Below, one piece after another: positions 8,136-18,754 of a stretch of DNA of 33,942 bases. The first letter of the stretch is position 1; every line of letters starts with the position of its first letter. The DNA is from an uncultured bacterium (GTDB taxonomy: Bacteria > Schekmanbacteria > GWA2-38-11 > J061): positions 1 to 33,942 of the forward strand of contig CAZJVM010000027.1 in NCBI GenBank assembly GCA_964549305.1. The letters are read 5' to 3'. A program made the position numbers and the translations under genes. Below the pieces are notes generated by a model. The model had not been told where the DNA came from. It saw only the letters and a program-made list of their open reading frames with translations, and made no database searches.

Positions 8136-9296
8136 ATGAAAAACAGTATTAGAGTATATGTTACAGGAATCAACGGAATACCCGCGAGACACGGTGGTTT
8201 TGAAACCTGTGTGGACAATGTTGCTGTAAGGCATGCAAAAAAAGGTCTGAAAGTAACTGTATATTGCAGGAAAAGAAATGTTAAATTGAAAGATGACTAT
8301 TATGAAGGCGTGAAGCTGATAAAGCTTTCGTCTTTAGGTCATAAAAGCCTTGAAACGCTAAGTCATACCTTTCTTTCCATTCTTCATATGCTTTTTAGAA
8401 GAAAGGAAATAGTGCATCTATATGGCGTTGGAAACGCGGTATTTCTTCTAATTTTAAAACTCTTTGGGAATAGAGTTGTTGTTTCTGCAGATTCCTTTGA
8501 CTGGGAAAGAGACAAATGGGGAAAATTTGCAAAATGGTTCCTGTTCAATTCAGCAAAACTTTCCACAAAACTCTCGGACGCGATAATCGTGGATTCAAAA
8601 TCGGTGCAGAAATATTACAGGGAAAAATTCGGGAAGGAAACTGTTTACATCCCCTATGGCGCTCAAGTGGAAAGAAAAACCAATAAAGATATCCTCACCA
8701 AATACGGTCTCAAGGAAGATAATTATATCCTTTTTGTGGGAAGGCTTATTCCGGAAAAGGGTGTGCACAACCTTATAGAAGCATTCCGCAATCTTGACAC
8801 TGATAAGAAACTCGCAATTATCGGAGGGGATTGGTTTACTACGGACTACATAAAATCCCTCGAAGAAAGGGCAAAAGGCGCAAATATAAGTTTTCTTGGT
8901 TTTGTTTATGATGAGGAATGCAGGGCGATATATTCGGGCGCCTATCTTTATGTGCAACCGTCTCTGATTGACGGTACATCACCTGCGCTTCTCACTGCTA
9001 TGGGAACGGGAAATTGTGTTTTGGTAAATGCAATCGATGAAAACCTCGAAACAGTTGGTGACGGAGGACTGAATTTTAAACGGAATGACGTTGTTTCTTT
9101 AACTGAGGAGCTGAAAAAACTTGTTAACGATGAAAACCTTGTTAAGGAATATAGAAAAAAATCTCTGAAAAGAGTTCAGGAAGTATATAGCTGGGATAAG
9201 GTTGCTGAGGCGATTAGTGATTTGTATGAGGATATCCTGGAAGGAAAAGAAGTGAGAACCGATGTTTATGAAAAGAAAATAGAAATAAAGGGATAA
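8136..9296 (+). CDS. Glycosyltransferase family 4
   Basis: GINGIPARHGGFET N-terminus, LFVGRLIPEKG, PSLIDGTSPALLTAM, YSWDKV. Confidence 0.92.
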   Translation: MKNSIRVYVTGINGIPARHGGFETCVDNVAVRHAKKGLKVTVYCRKRNVKLKDDYYEGVKLIKLSSLGHKSLETLSHTFLSILHMLFRRKEIVHLYGVGNAVFLLILKLFGNRVVVSADSFDWERDKWGKFAKWFLFNSAKLSTKLSDAIIVDSKSVQKYYREKFGKETVYIPYGAQVERKTNKDILTKYGLKEDNYILFVGRLIPEKGVHNLIEAFRNLDTDKKLAIIGGDWFTTDYIKSLEERAKGANISFLGFVYDEECRAIYSGAYLYVQPSLIDGTSPALLTAMGTGNCVLVNAIDENLETVGDGGLNFKRNDVVSLTEELKKLVNDENLVKEYRKKSLKRVQEVYSWDKVAEAISDLYEDILEGKEVRTDVYEKKIEIKG

Positions 9297-9297
9297 G

Positions 9298-10320
9298 ATG
9301 TTTTCTTTGTTAAAAGGGCGCATTGCCCGAAAAGCTACTATGTTTGCCGCAAGAAACAGGGCAATCAGGAATATCATTGAAAAAAACAGAATATCACTGG
9401 AATTTCCTTCAAATATCTTCATTGAGCCTACAAACCGCTGTAACCTTAAATGCAGAATGTGCCCGCAGAATGACAATGAGGATGTGGAGAGGGGATTTAT
9501 GGATATGGCGCTTTTTAAAAAAATAATCGATGAAAGCGTTCAGCACGGTAAAAGAACGGCAATTTTTTTCCACAAAGACGGTGAACCCCTCCTTAATGAA
9601 AATCTGCCTGATATGATTGAATATGCTGTTTTAAAAAAAGCGGCATATAAGACACATTTGAGCACGAATGCCCATCTTCTTAATGAAGATAAAATGAAAA
9701 AGCTTGTAATGTCGGGAATTGACAGCGTTATAATAAACCTCGACGCAAGTGATGAAGAAACATACAAACTGATAAAGGGCAGAGGAGGTCTCAGAGAAGT
9801 GGAAACAAAAATAATGTCAATGATAGACTTCAGGGATAAAATGAAAAGAATCAATCCCGCCATACGAGTGAAAATAATACCTGTTGAAGAAAATATGAAT
9901 GAAATAGAAGATTTTCAAAAAAAATGGAAACCCTATGCCGATGAAGTGGTAGTGAGCAGAGAGTTTGCCTGGCCGGGCAGAAAATCGGAAAACGGGAAAG
10001 CTTCCAGCCGTGAAGATAACCGTTATCCCTGTATAAGTTTGTGGCTTTCTATGACGATTAACTGGGATGGCAGTGTTTCCGTTTGCTGCATCGATTATTA
10101 CCATCGGGGCATTATCGGGAATGTGAGGGAAAAGAATATTGCGGACATCTGGAAAGGAAAACGCCTTCAGGAAATCAGGAAATACCATATTGAAGGCGAT
10201 TTCGGCAAGGTCGCTGTTTGCAAAGATTGTAAAGGATTATGGGTAAGAGATACAGTTGGAAGAAATTCAGAAAAGTGGTTAAAAAAAAGAATGTTAAAAT
10301 CGGAGTTATGGAATGGATAG
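9298..10320 (+). CDS. Radical SAM protein with short SPASM/twitch domain (glycan-locus type)
   Basis: IEPTNRCNLKCRMC, GEP, C-terminal YPC...WDGSVSVCC.D...IGN...IW...CKDC. Confidence 0.9.
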   Translation: MFSLLKGRIARKATMFAARNRAIRNIIEKNRISLEFPSNIFIEPTNRCNLKCRMCPQNDNEDVERGFMDMALFKKIIDESVQHGKRTAIFFHKDGEPLLNENLPDMIEYAVLKKAAYKTHLSTNAHLLNEDKMKKLVMSGIDSVIINLDASDEETYKLIKGRGGLREVETKIMSMIDFRDKMKRINPAIRVKIIPVEENMNEIEDFQKKWKPYADEVVVSREFAWPGRKSENGKASSREDNRYPCISLWLSMTINWDGSVSVCCIDYYHRGIIGNVREKNIADIWKGKRLQEIRKYHIEGDFGKVAVCKDCKGLWVRDTVGRNSEKWLKKRMLKSELWNG

Positions 10321-12235
10321 AGAAACTAAAAAAAATAGAAACGGCTTTGTAAATGAGCTCAAAAGTTTTATTCCGAAGCTTTTACTGCTTGGATTCATTA
10401 ACGGGATTTTCGTACAATTCGGGACTATTTTAATAAATAGCGATGTTATTTCTTTTGGAGATAGTTTTGTAATTGCTTTATATTTTGTTGCTATTTTTTC
10501 CATTGTTTCTTTTTTTGGCGGTGTCATTCTTTTCTCATTACTTTATTTTATTTTTTCCTTTTTAAGACCTTCGATTATCGCAAGGGGATTTCTTGAAAGA
10601 TATTTCTTCATCATAGTTTTTGCAATTGGGGTTTTCTATCCTCTTTTTAACAGATTATCTATGAACTATTCCTATTATTCACTTTTTCCCTTTGCAGACA
10701 CTTATTATAAAATGGCTATTCTTTTGTGGAGCGTTCTTGCCCTGTTGATATTGGTGTCAGTTCTTTTATCTTTTGCCATTACTCTGATTTATCAACTTTC
10801 GTACAATATTATGACCGGGCTTTTTGGCAGATGGCAGATTACAGCAGGAATAATAGTTCTTTTTATATGCAGTTCAATATTCCCTGTTTTATACAACAGG
10901 AGTGTTCAAATAGAGTTTTCCCAAATGGAAGGGGAAGTTCAACAGCAGGCATACGGAAAGGATAATAATGTTTTTCTTATTGGAATTGACGGCGCTGATT
11001 GGAGAATCATTGACCCTTTGTTAAAGGAAAGCAAGCTCCCTAATTTCCAGAAATTGATAGATGATGGTGTGCGCGCAGGTATGAAAACATCGGTTCCTAC
11101 CTATTCTCCCATTTTGTGGACATCCATTGCAACCGGACAGAAACCGGAAAAACACGGCATAAAGTCCTTTATAATGATGTATTTTTTTGGAGCAAAAACT
11201 CCCCTTCAGGATATCCTGGAAAGGGGTTTTTTCAGCAAACTTGATTATCTGAAGTTTACGGGATTGGTAAATGTTTTTCCTTCGAATACCTATTTAAGGA
11301 AGACTCCTGCAATTTGGAACATTCTATCAAGGGTGGGGAGAAAATCGGTGGTAGTTAACTGGTTCCCTTCCTGGCCCGCGGAGCATATAAACGGATATAT
11401 GATTTCAGACAGATTTATCCGCTCCGTCATTACCGAGAAGGAACTTCACCACGACCCCTGCGGGAAATATAATCATCTTGTTTATCCTGACTCCATTTGT
11501 AGAGAAATTGCCGACGATACAGAGAGTTATCTTTCCGAAGATTTGAAAAACAGAGAATTCGTTACGCCATTTCAGAAATACTCCTGCCAGTCGGAGAATA
11601 TTTATTTTAATCTTTCACTTGATATGCTTTCGAGAAACAACGGGACTGACTTCTTTACGGTCTATCTGAGAGGTACCGACGATTTCGAGCATGAATACTG
11701 GAAATACAGAAAATCCGATGCAAAAAAATTTCCTTATGTTACTGATGAAGAAAGAGAAAAATTCGGAAGCATTATTGACGATTATTATATTCAGGTGGAC
11801 GCTTATATCGGTGAGGTACTAAAAAGAATCAATGACAATACTTCCATTATAGTAATATCAGACCACGGACACGAGCCCTTTTTTACGGGTCTTAACTCAA
11901 AACAAAACGGTGCTCACGGTTTAGGACCTGATGCAATATTCATTGCGTCCGGGAAAAACATATCAAAGGAATTCAAAGGGGGAAAACCGTCTATCTATGA
12001 TATAACACCTACTATTTTGTATCTTCTCGGGCTTCCCACTGCTGAAGATATGGACGGTAGAGTCCTCGAAAATGTAATTGATACAAAACTACTTGAAGAA
12101 AACCCTCCGAAAACCATTCCGACTTATTACATCAAAAAAGATAAAAAAACGAAAGAAGAAGGCGAAAAAAACAAGAAATCAATGGGTGATGAAAAACTGA
12201 TGAATAAACTGAAAGCCCTTGGATATATAAACTGA
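10313..12235 (+). CDS. Membrane-anchored alkaline phosphatase superfamily (nucleotide pyrophosphatase/phosphodiesterase-like) protein
   Basis: About 5 N-terminal TM helices; IGIDGADW, PTYSPILWTSIATG, GTDDFEH, ISDHG, DITPTIL...MDGR; C-terminal LKALGYI. Confidence 0.88.
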   Translation: MDRETKKNRNGFVNELKSFIPKLLLLGFINGIFVQFGTILINSDVISFGDSFVIALYFVAIFSIVSFFGGVILFSLLYFIFSFLRPSIIARGFLERYFFIIVFAIGVFYPLFNRLSMNYSYYSLFPFADTYYKMAILLWSVLALLILVSVLLSFAITLIYQLSYNIMTGLFGRWQITAGIIVLFICSSIFPVLYNRSVQIEFSQMEGEVQQQAYGKDNNVFLIGIDGADWRIIDPLLKESKLPNFQKLIDDGVRAGMKTSVPTYSPILWTSIATGQKPEKHGIKSFIMMYFFGAKTPLQDILERGFFSKLDYLKFTGLVNVFPSNTYLRKTPAIWNILSRVGRKSVVVNWFPSWPAEHINGYMISDRFIRSVITEKELHHDPCGKYNHLVYPDSICREIADDTESYLSEDLKNREFVTPFQKYSCQSENIYFNLSLDMLSRNNGTDFFTVYLRGTDDFEHEYWKYRKSDAKKFPYVTDEEREKFGSIIDDYYIQVDAYIGEVLKRINDNTSIIVISDHGHEPFFTGLNSKQNGAHGLGPDAIFIASGKNISKEFKGGKPSIYDITPTILYLLGLPTAEDMDGRVLENVIDTKLLEENPPKTIPTYYIKKDKKTKEEGEKNKKSMGDEKLMNKLKALGYIN

Positions 12236-12239
12236 AGAT

Positions 12240-13574
12240 ATGAATATAAAAAAGAAAATCGTTATCCTGGGCGGCGGGCTTACCGGGTTAAGCAGCGCTT
12301 TCCATCTGGAGAAAATACGGGGGAAGGCGAATTTCGATTATATTGTAATTGAAAAGGAAAAAACTTTAGGAGGTCTTTGCCGCAGTTTTGAATCGAAGGG
12401 TTTTACCTTTGATATAGGCGGTCACTTTCTTCACACAAAAAATGCGTATATTAAAAAACTTGTTCGAAAATTGCTTTCAGATAACAGGCGTGAAGTAGAG
12501 AGAAAATCGGAGATATTGACCACCGGTAGAAAAATGCCTTATCCCTTTCAGGGAAATCTTTTTTATCTTCCCGATAAGATAAAATTTGAATGCCTTGAAG
12601 AATATGTAAAAGCCTATGCGCGCAGGGAAAATGGTAAAAATAAGGATATGAATTTCCGGGAATGGATTGAATTCAATTTCGGAAAAGGTATTGCAAGACA
12701 TTTTATGATTCCTTTCAATTCGAAGCTCTATGGTTATCCTCTCGATAAAATTCATGCTGAAAATATGAAAAAATATATTCCGGTGCCGGATTTAGGAGAA
12801 GTGCTTGACGGAGCGCTTTTTAAAAGCGGAAAACTCTTTGGATATAACACGACATTTACATATCCGCAAAAAGGCGGAATTCAGACGCTTGTAAATGCTT
12901 TTGAAAGTGAAATAAGAAATACAATCAAAGGAGAAGAGGTATATAAGATAAACATGAAGAAGAAGATTGTTTCTCTTAAATCAGGGGAAATTATTCATTA
13001 TGATTCAATTATTTCATCCATCCCTTTAAAAGAGCTTTCGTCTATCATAGAAGACGCTCCTGAAAAAATCCGCAGGGAAGGCGAAAAGTTAAAATGCGCT
13101 TCATTGGTAATAGTAAATGTAGGTTATAGAGCCAAGAGAAAAATGAAGACCCAGTGGTTTTATCTGCCGGGCGGAGAATATTCCTGTTATAGGGCAGGAT
13201 ATTATTCTGCAGTCGCGCCTTCTATGGCGCCAGCGAGAATGAATTCCGCCTACATAGAATTTTCTCTGGGTGAAAGAGAAGGGAAAATCAATGTGTCCGC
13301 ATATAAAAAGAAAGCTGTAAAAAGTCTGAAACTGATGGGCGCAATTTCCCGTGAGAGCGATATCTTGGTTTGTGACGCGATACCCGTTAGGTACGGATAT
13401 GTGATTTTTGATAAAAATAGGGATAGCAGTGTCAATAAACTATCTGATTTTCTTGAAAAAAAGAATATATATGCCGGAGGAAGATATGGAAGATGGGAAT
13501 ATTCGGCAATGACAGATGCCATTGCCTCAGGTAAGGGAATTGCAGAGAGAATATTAAAGAGAGGTTTGCTTTAA
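12240..13574 (+). CDS. FAD-dependent oxidoreductase (NDP-sugar mutase/protoporphyrinogen-oxidase-like)
   Basis: ILGGGLTGL Rossmann motif, GGLCRS...FDIGGH, FTYPQKGG, GRYGRWEY. Confidence 0.82.
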   Translation: MNIKKKIVILGGGLTGLSSAFHLEKIRGKANFDYIVIEKEKTLGGLCRSFESKGFTFDIGGHFLHTKNAYIKKLVRKLLSDNRREVERKSEILTTGRKMPYPFQGNLFYLPDKIKFECLEEYVKAYARRENGKNKDMNFREWIEFNFGKGIARHFMIPFNSKLYGYPLDKIHAENMKKYIPVPDLGEVLDGALFKSGKLFGYNTTFTYPQKGGIQTLVNAFESEIRNTIKGEEVYKINMKKKIVSLKSGEIIHYDSIISSIPLKELSSIIEDAPEKIRREGEKLKCASLVIVNVGYRAKRKMKTQWFYLPGGEYSCYRAGYYSAVAPSMAPARMNSAYIEFSLGEREGKINVSAYKKKAVKSLKLMGAISRESDILVCDAIPVRYGYVIFDKNRDSSVNKLSDFLEKKNIYAGGRYGRWEYSAMTDAIASGKGIAERILKRGLL

Positions 13575-13577
13575 CAG

Positions 13578-14105
13578 GTGCCGATGAAAAGAAAAGTTAC
13601 AGTAACAGGTAAAGAGTCTGATGATTTGTATCTGGAAGAAATAGACCATTCTGACGGGGATGTTTTGTTAAAGTGGAAAAACGATAACCGGGAAGCTTTT
13701 TTTTTCACAGAAACTATTACACCTGAAATGCAAAAGTCGTGGATGGAACAATATGACAGTGATCCAAATAATTTTATGTTTATTTTGAAGTTTATGGATA
13801 AACGAGTTGGAATAATGGGATTTAAAATTTTGCCGGAAGGGGCTGAGATATATAACGTAATACTGGGCGATAAAGAGTCAGGGGGGAAGGGGATTATGAG
13901 CAGAGGCATGGGCCTGATGATTAATTTTATAATGAAAAAAGATATACAAAGAATATTTCTAAGGGTTTTAAATTCCAATAAAAATGCAATAAGGTGGTAC
14001 AAAAAAAATGGTTTTGTCATAAAAGGTAAACTTGAAAGTTATCATTTAATGGAAATAGATTTTAGCAAATTTACTCCAAATAAAATAAGCGTGGAGGAAC
14101 GTTAA
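13578..14105 (+). CDS. GNAT N-acetyltransferase (PseH/RimJ-like)
   Basis: LLKWKND, GGKGIM acetyl-CoA loop, VLNSNKNAIRWYKKNGF. Confidence 0.85.
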   Translation: MPMKRKVTVTGKESDDLYLEEIDHSDGDVLLKWKNDNREAFFFTETITPEMQKSWMEQYDSDPNNFMFILKFMDKRVGIMGFKILPEGAEIYNVILGDKESGGKGIMSRGMGLMINFIMKKDIQRIFLRVLNSNKNAIRWYKKNGFVIKGKLESYHLMEIDFSKFTPNKISVEER

Positions 14106-15229
14106 TGGCGGGGAAAATGATTTCGTTGTTTGGTTCAAAAGTCGGTTCTGAAGAAATTGAAGAAATCAGGACTAGTATTGACAATCAGTGGCTTGGGATT
14201 GGGCCGAAATGCGGCCTTTTTGAGGAAAAAATGTCAAAAAGGCTGAAATGCGACTATTTTGTAATGCTCAACAGTGGTTCAAACAGTCTTCTTCTTGCTA
14301 TTAAGCTTTTAAATCTTCCTTCGGGGTCTGAAATTATAATTCCGTCTTTTACATGGATTGCCTGCGGACATTCCGCCGTACTCAATGACTGCAAACCGGT
14401 ATTTTGTGATGTGGATATAAATACCCATAATATTACGCCTGAGTTGGTTGAACCTCATTTAAGCCATAAGACCGGAGCCATAATGATTGTTCATTATGCC
14501 GGAAAACCGGTTGATGTAGATGGCTTTAAAAAGTTCGGGCTTCCCATAATAGAGGATGCGGCTCATGCCGTCGATTCACATATTGATGGGCGCTATTGCG
14601 GAACTTTGGGGGATGTGGGGATTTACAGTTTTGACGCAGTAAAAAATCTTAGCATTGGCGAGGCAGGCGGACTTACAACGCCAAATAAAGAATATATTCA
14701 AAAAGCGAAACAGTTGAGATATTGCGGAATAGGGAAATCTGGATTTGAAAGTTCAGCCAATAAAAACAGATGGTGGGAATACAATGTCACCGACTTTTTC
14801 CCTAAAATTATTCCCGATGATATAAGCGCATCTATAGGCCTGGCTCAACTAACAAAACTGGATAAACATCAGGAATACAGAAGGCAAATCTGGGACATAT
14901 ACCAAAAAGAATTCAAAGAGCTCGGATGGTTCAATATTCCTGTTAATGCGGGAGAAAAAGAAAAACATTCATATTTTACATACTGTATTTGCTTAAATAA
15001 TGACAAAAGAGATGAACTTGCAAAATATCTTTATGATAATGGAATTTACACAAGTCTGAGATTCCATCCGCTGCACCTTAATAAGATTTACGGTTCCGAC
15101 AGCAAGCTTCCCAATTGCGAAAAATTGAGTGAAAATGCCCTGAATATTCCCATTCATCCCGGATTGGAAGAAAATGACATTAATCTGGTCATAGATAAAA
15201 TAAAGGAATTCGGGAGGAGTCATTGTTAA
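14105..15229 (+). CDS. DegT/DnrJ/EryC1/StrS sugar aminotransferase
   Basis: NSGSNSL, PSFTW, VHYAG, IEDAAHA, SFDAVKN (PLP lysine), EAGG, IPIHP. Confidence 0.93.
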   Translation: MAGKMISLFGSKVGSEEIEEIRTSIDNQWLGIGPKCGLFEEKMSKRLKCDYFVMLNSGSNSLLLAIKLLNLPSGSEIIIPSFTWIACGHSAVLNDCKPVFCDVDINTHNITPELVEPHLSHKTGAIMIVHYAGKPVDVDGFKKFGLPIIEDAAHAVDSHIDGRYCGTLGDVGIYSFDAVKNLSIGEAGGLTTPNKEYIQKAKQLRYCGIGKSGFESSANKNRWWEYNVTDFFPKIIPDDISASIGLAQLTKLDKHQEYRRQIWDIYQKEFKELGWFNIPVNAGEKEKHSYFTYCICLNNDKRDELAKYLYDNGIYTSLRFHPLHLNKIYGSDSKLPNCEKLSENALNIPIHPGLEENDINLVIDKIKEFGRSHC

Positions 15230-15249
15230 TGCTGAAGGAGATATTTTAA

Positions 15250-16632
15250 TTGGCAAATAAAGTTTCAATTCTCGGCGCGGGCGCAACGGGATTGGCGGCA
15301 GGGTGGCGCCTTTCAAAAAAAGGATGTGAAGTTACAGTATATGATGAGTTGCCGAGAGTAGGGGGGCTTGCAGGGGGAGTGTTGATTAACGGGAATATTT
15401 ACGAATACGGACCTCACGCCTTTCACACGACTGATACGGAAATCTTGAGCGACATAAGGGAAGTCGCAAAAGACGACTTGATTAAGTTTAACAGGACCAT
15501 AACCATTAAATTTCTGGGAAGTTATTTTAAATATCCTCTTTCCATTCCTGATGTAATTCTTAAATTACCTCCTTCTACGGTTATCAGGGCTTTTTTAAGC
15601 CTTATCTGGAATATGGCAAGAAGCACTTTGGTTAGGGGGGAAGGCAAGAACTCGGAAGAGGTGCTTATTCAAAATTATGGCACAGTTTTGTATAAAATAT
15701 TTTTTAAGGATTATATTGAGAGAGTTTGGGGAATGACACCTGATGAATTTTCTCCTAACTTTGCGATACAAAGAATTCCGAGATTGAACTTTGTGGACCT
15801 TGTGGGCAACGTGTTTTCCAAAATTCAAAATAAGACAAACAATAAGACTGATAACTATGTGGAAAAGGTTGAGGGAGAACTCTATACTACTAAAAATGGT
15901 TTTTCCCTTATTGCGGAAAGAATGGCTGATAAAATCAAAGAAAACGGCGGGAAGGTAATACTCAGTGCAAAAGTCGTTGAAATGGAGCGAAATGAAAACA
16001 GAATAAAAAGAATAAAATTTATTAATCAGAATAATAACGAAGAAATTCATGATGTTGACGGCGTCATCAACACTATTCCCTTAAACGAAGCTATGCTTAT
16101 GGTTTCGCCAAAACTTGATGGTGATATAATCGAGGCAGGAGAAAATATAGAGTTTCGGTCATTGGTTTTCGTAGGGTTGCTGGTTAGCAGACCTAAAGTC
16201 CTTCTCTCTTCTTTTATGTATTTCAGAGAGCATTCATTTAACCGCATAACCGACCTTGGACAGTTTGGAATAGATATTATGCCGAACAACGCGACTATAC
16301 TTGTTGCGGAAATAAGCTGCTCTAAAAAGGATAAATATTGGCAGGATGATGAATACGCTATTTCTTCCGTTATAAGCGATCTTGAAAGGGAAGATATACT
16401 TAAGAAAGATGAAATAATCGAATCACACGTATTCAAAGCGGAATATGCTTATCCCCTTTATTCCCTCGGATATGAGAAAAGACTCGACTCTTTGCTTTCG
16501 GCTGTTGAAAGTCTGAAAAATTGCGAAACTGCCGGAAGACAGGGAAAGTTTCAGTATGTCAATACTCATATTGCCATAAAAATGGGCTACGAAGCGGCAG
16601 ACAGCCTGTTTGAAAAAATGCAGAGAGGATAA
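15250..16632 (+). CDS. FAD-dependent oxidoreductase, second family member in the operon
   Basis: ILGAGATGL, GGLAG...YEYGPH, AYPLY, GRQGKFQY. TTG start with GAAGGAG RBS. Confidence 0.82.
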   Translation: MANKVSILGAGATGLAAGWRLSKKGCEVTVYDELPRVGGLAGGVLINGNIYEYGPHAFHTTDTEILSDIREVAKDDLIKFNRTITIKFLGSYFKYPLSIPDVILKLPPSTVIRAFLSLIWNMARSTLVRGEGKNSEEVLIQNYGTVLYKIFFKDYIERVWGMTPDEFSPNFAIQRIPRLNFVDLVGNVFSKIQNKTNNKTDNYVEKVEGELYTTKNGFSLIAERMADKIKENGGKVILSAKVVEMERNENRIKRIKFINQNNNEEIHDVDGVINTIPLNEAMLMVSPKLDGDIIEAGENIEFRSLVFVGLLVSRPKVLLSSFMYFREHSFNRITDLGQFGIDIMPNNATILVAEISCSKKDKYWQDDEYAISSVISDLEREDILKKDEIIESHVFKAEYAYPLYSLGYEKRLDSLLSAVESLKNCETAGRQGKFQYVNTHIAIKMGYEAADSLFEKMQRG

Positions 16633-16646
16633 GGATTTTCAGCCTG

Positions 16647-18719
16647 CTAATCCGACTGCTTGCTTTTCCTGAATGATAACAGATAAAGAAGAATCGTAAG
16701 TAAAAGTGCGGTTATGCTTGTAAAAAGCGGAAACAACGCTTTAGATGAATAAACTATTATGAGTTTGTGCGGTCCGGTCTTGTTAATACGGATTTTCATT
16801 AATTTATAATCATCATCGGAAATTTGTATCGTTTGTCCGTCAAGAGACGCTTTCCAGTAAGGATGATTCTGGATTTTTATTCTGATAGTATTTTTTTTAC
16901 TTTTCGTATTTATCATTGCTACTACCCTGTTATTTTTTAATGATAATTTTGTAATTGCGCCGTCTCCCCGAATAAAGTCAATCCACGAAGGTTTGAATGT
17001 TAAAAGCTTAAAAACTTTAATTATCCCAAAATCCGCTGAAGCTTCAAAATTATAGGATTTATCAAGGAACTCTTTCAGTCCAGGGCTTACGGCGGCAATG
17101 AATCCGGTATTGAAAGCGCTCATATGCTCAATGAGTTTCTCTTCTTCAATGTTGTTTTCTCTCATCTGAAAGATTGTTCCCTGTGCCGTACTGACGAGCT
17201 TTTCCGTAGCATAGGGGAAACCGCTGTTCCATGCGCCTATATGATTAACACCGGAATAATGCCATGTAAGAGAAAGAATATGGCTTTCATTGAGAATGCT
17301 GTCTTTAATATTTCCTTTAGTCCTTTGAATAAGAATTCTTTCACTTTTTGCATCAACATTTTTTCCCGTCCATTCCCAAAAATCTTCTATTTGGGAAAAT
17401 GAAGAAAAATTGCCTGATGTAATAAGGAAGTTGTTTTTTTGCAGGTAAGACGACAATGAGAACAACCCTCCCAGTGTGACGGCAAGAAGAATCCCAAATA
17501 CAATTTTTTTGGTTTTTACTCTATCAAATAAATATTTCAGCCCGCGGGCGCTGAAAAAGAGAAAACCAAACTGTGAAAAAAGTATGAGCCGGTTATTTTC
17601 TATGCCTCTCGCAAAGGGGAGATTGTTCAGAAAACCGACTGCCCTCCACAAATCCGAAGATATTATTAAAAGAAGCAATGTAAACAACAGGAAGGCGGAA
17701 ATGGCAATATTCTTTCCTCTGTCTTTGAATGAAATGAGCAGACCTGAAATTGCCGTAATATCAAGGATTAGCATTACTGCCTTTATGAAGGGCATCTTAA
17801 AAAGATTACCTAAAAACAACATTAAATTGCCGTTGATGAGTTGCCTGCGGATGCTTATATCTTCCGGAATATTGAGAAGAATTTTTACATTATGGTAAAG
17901 GGAAGCAATGGGATGGATTTCACCACCGCCGAACATTTTATTTGCGGAAAGCCATTTCCCCGCTTCTATAAAGGGGAAGAGATAAAAAAGTGAAAGCGCG
18001 ACAGATATAATTCCAACAAAAAAAAGTTTTTTAAAAACACCAAAAAACATTTTTTCTTCTGAAAAAATAGCTGACAGTAAAATGGCGAAGGCAAAAAACA
18101 CTTCCGCGATTGCAACATACTGGTGAGAAATAAAAGTCAACGCAAACAAAAGAGAAGCTATCGCTATATATCTTGCTGAATTTGAATTCAATAGTTTTAG
18201 GAGTGCATAGACGAATAGTGGAAGAAAGCCCAGGGCGAAATAATTATTCCACATACCTTGTGAAATTTTCAAAATATGAGATGTCTGAAGGATAAAAAAG
18301 AATACGGCAGCAAGCGACGCCTTATTCCCGAAGAATTTAGAAAACAGAAAAAAAATTGTACAGGAGGGGAAAAGAAGCGCAAATAACATCATCATTTTGT
18401 ATGAAGTTACAATATCAATTCCCGTGGAGATTGATATTAGCGCTACAAGAGTTTTCCCCAGAATGTAATGATAGAGGAGTATGGGGAAACCGGCGAAATC
18501 CGACATACACCATCCGTTAATCCAATTAGTTTCCGGCAGGAGGTGATTTGCCAGATATATTGTTTCAGAGAGATGTTTCGGGTTGTCAAGAAGCAGTGGA
18601 ATGCCTTTTTCAAAGAGAGGACCCATTAGAAACAGGGATGAAAGTATAATGGCAAGATAACTAAAAAAAATGCCTGAGTAGTTTTTTTCGCCTTCTTGTT
18701 TGGAATAAGGGAAAATCAT
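16647..18719 (-). CDS. GT-C-fold membrane glycosyltransferase (YfhO/PTPS-related-like)
   Basis: First TM followed by DNPKH and W...DFAGFP..YHY loop; >10 TM helices; C-terminal HPYWKA.LDG domain and terminal TM. Confidence 0.75.
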   Translation of the reverse strand: MIFPYSKQEGEKNYSGIFFSYLAIILSSLFLMGPLFEKGIPLLLDNPKHLSETIYLANHLLPETNWINGWCMSDFAGFPILLYHYILGKTLVALISISTGIDIVTSYKMMMLFALLFPSCTIFFLFSKFFGNKASLAAVFFFILQTSHILKISQGMWNNYFALGFLPLFVYALLKLLNSNSARYIAIASLLFALTFISHQYVAIAEVFFAFAILLSAIFSEEKMFFGVFKKLFFVGIISVALSLFYLFPFIEAGKWLSANKMFGGGEIHPIASLYHNVKILLNIPEDISIRRQLINGNLMLFLGNLFKMPFIKAVMLILDITAISGLLISFKDRGKNIAISAFLLFTLLLLIISSDLWRAVGFLNNLPFARGIENNRLILFSQFGFLFFSARGLKYLFDRVKTKKIVFGILLAVTLGGLFSLSSYLQKNNFLITSGNFSSFSQIEDFWEWTGKNVDAKSERILIQRTKGNIKDSILNESHILSLTWHYSGVNHIGAWNSGFPYATEKLVSTAQGTIFQMRENNIEEEKLIEHMSAFNTGFIAAVSPGLKEFLDKSYNFEASADFGIIKVFKLLTFKPSWIDFIRGDGAITKLSLKNNRVVAMINTKSKKNTIRIKIQNHPYWKASLDGQTIQISDDDYKLMKIRINKTGPHKLIIVYSSKALFPLFTSITALLLTILLYLLSFRKSKQSD

Positions 18720-18754
18720 AGGAATAATCTAATATATTATCTCTTTACGGGAGA

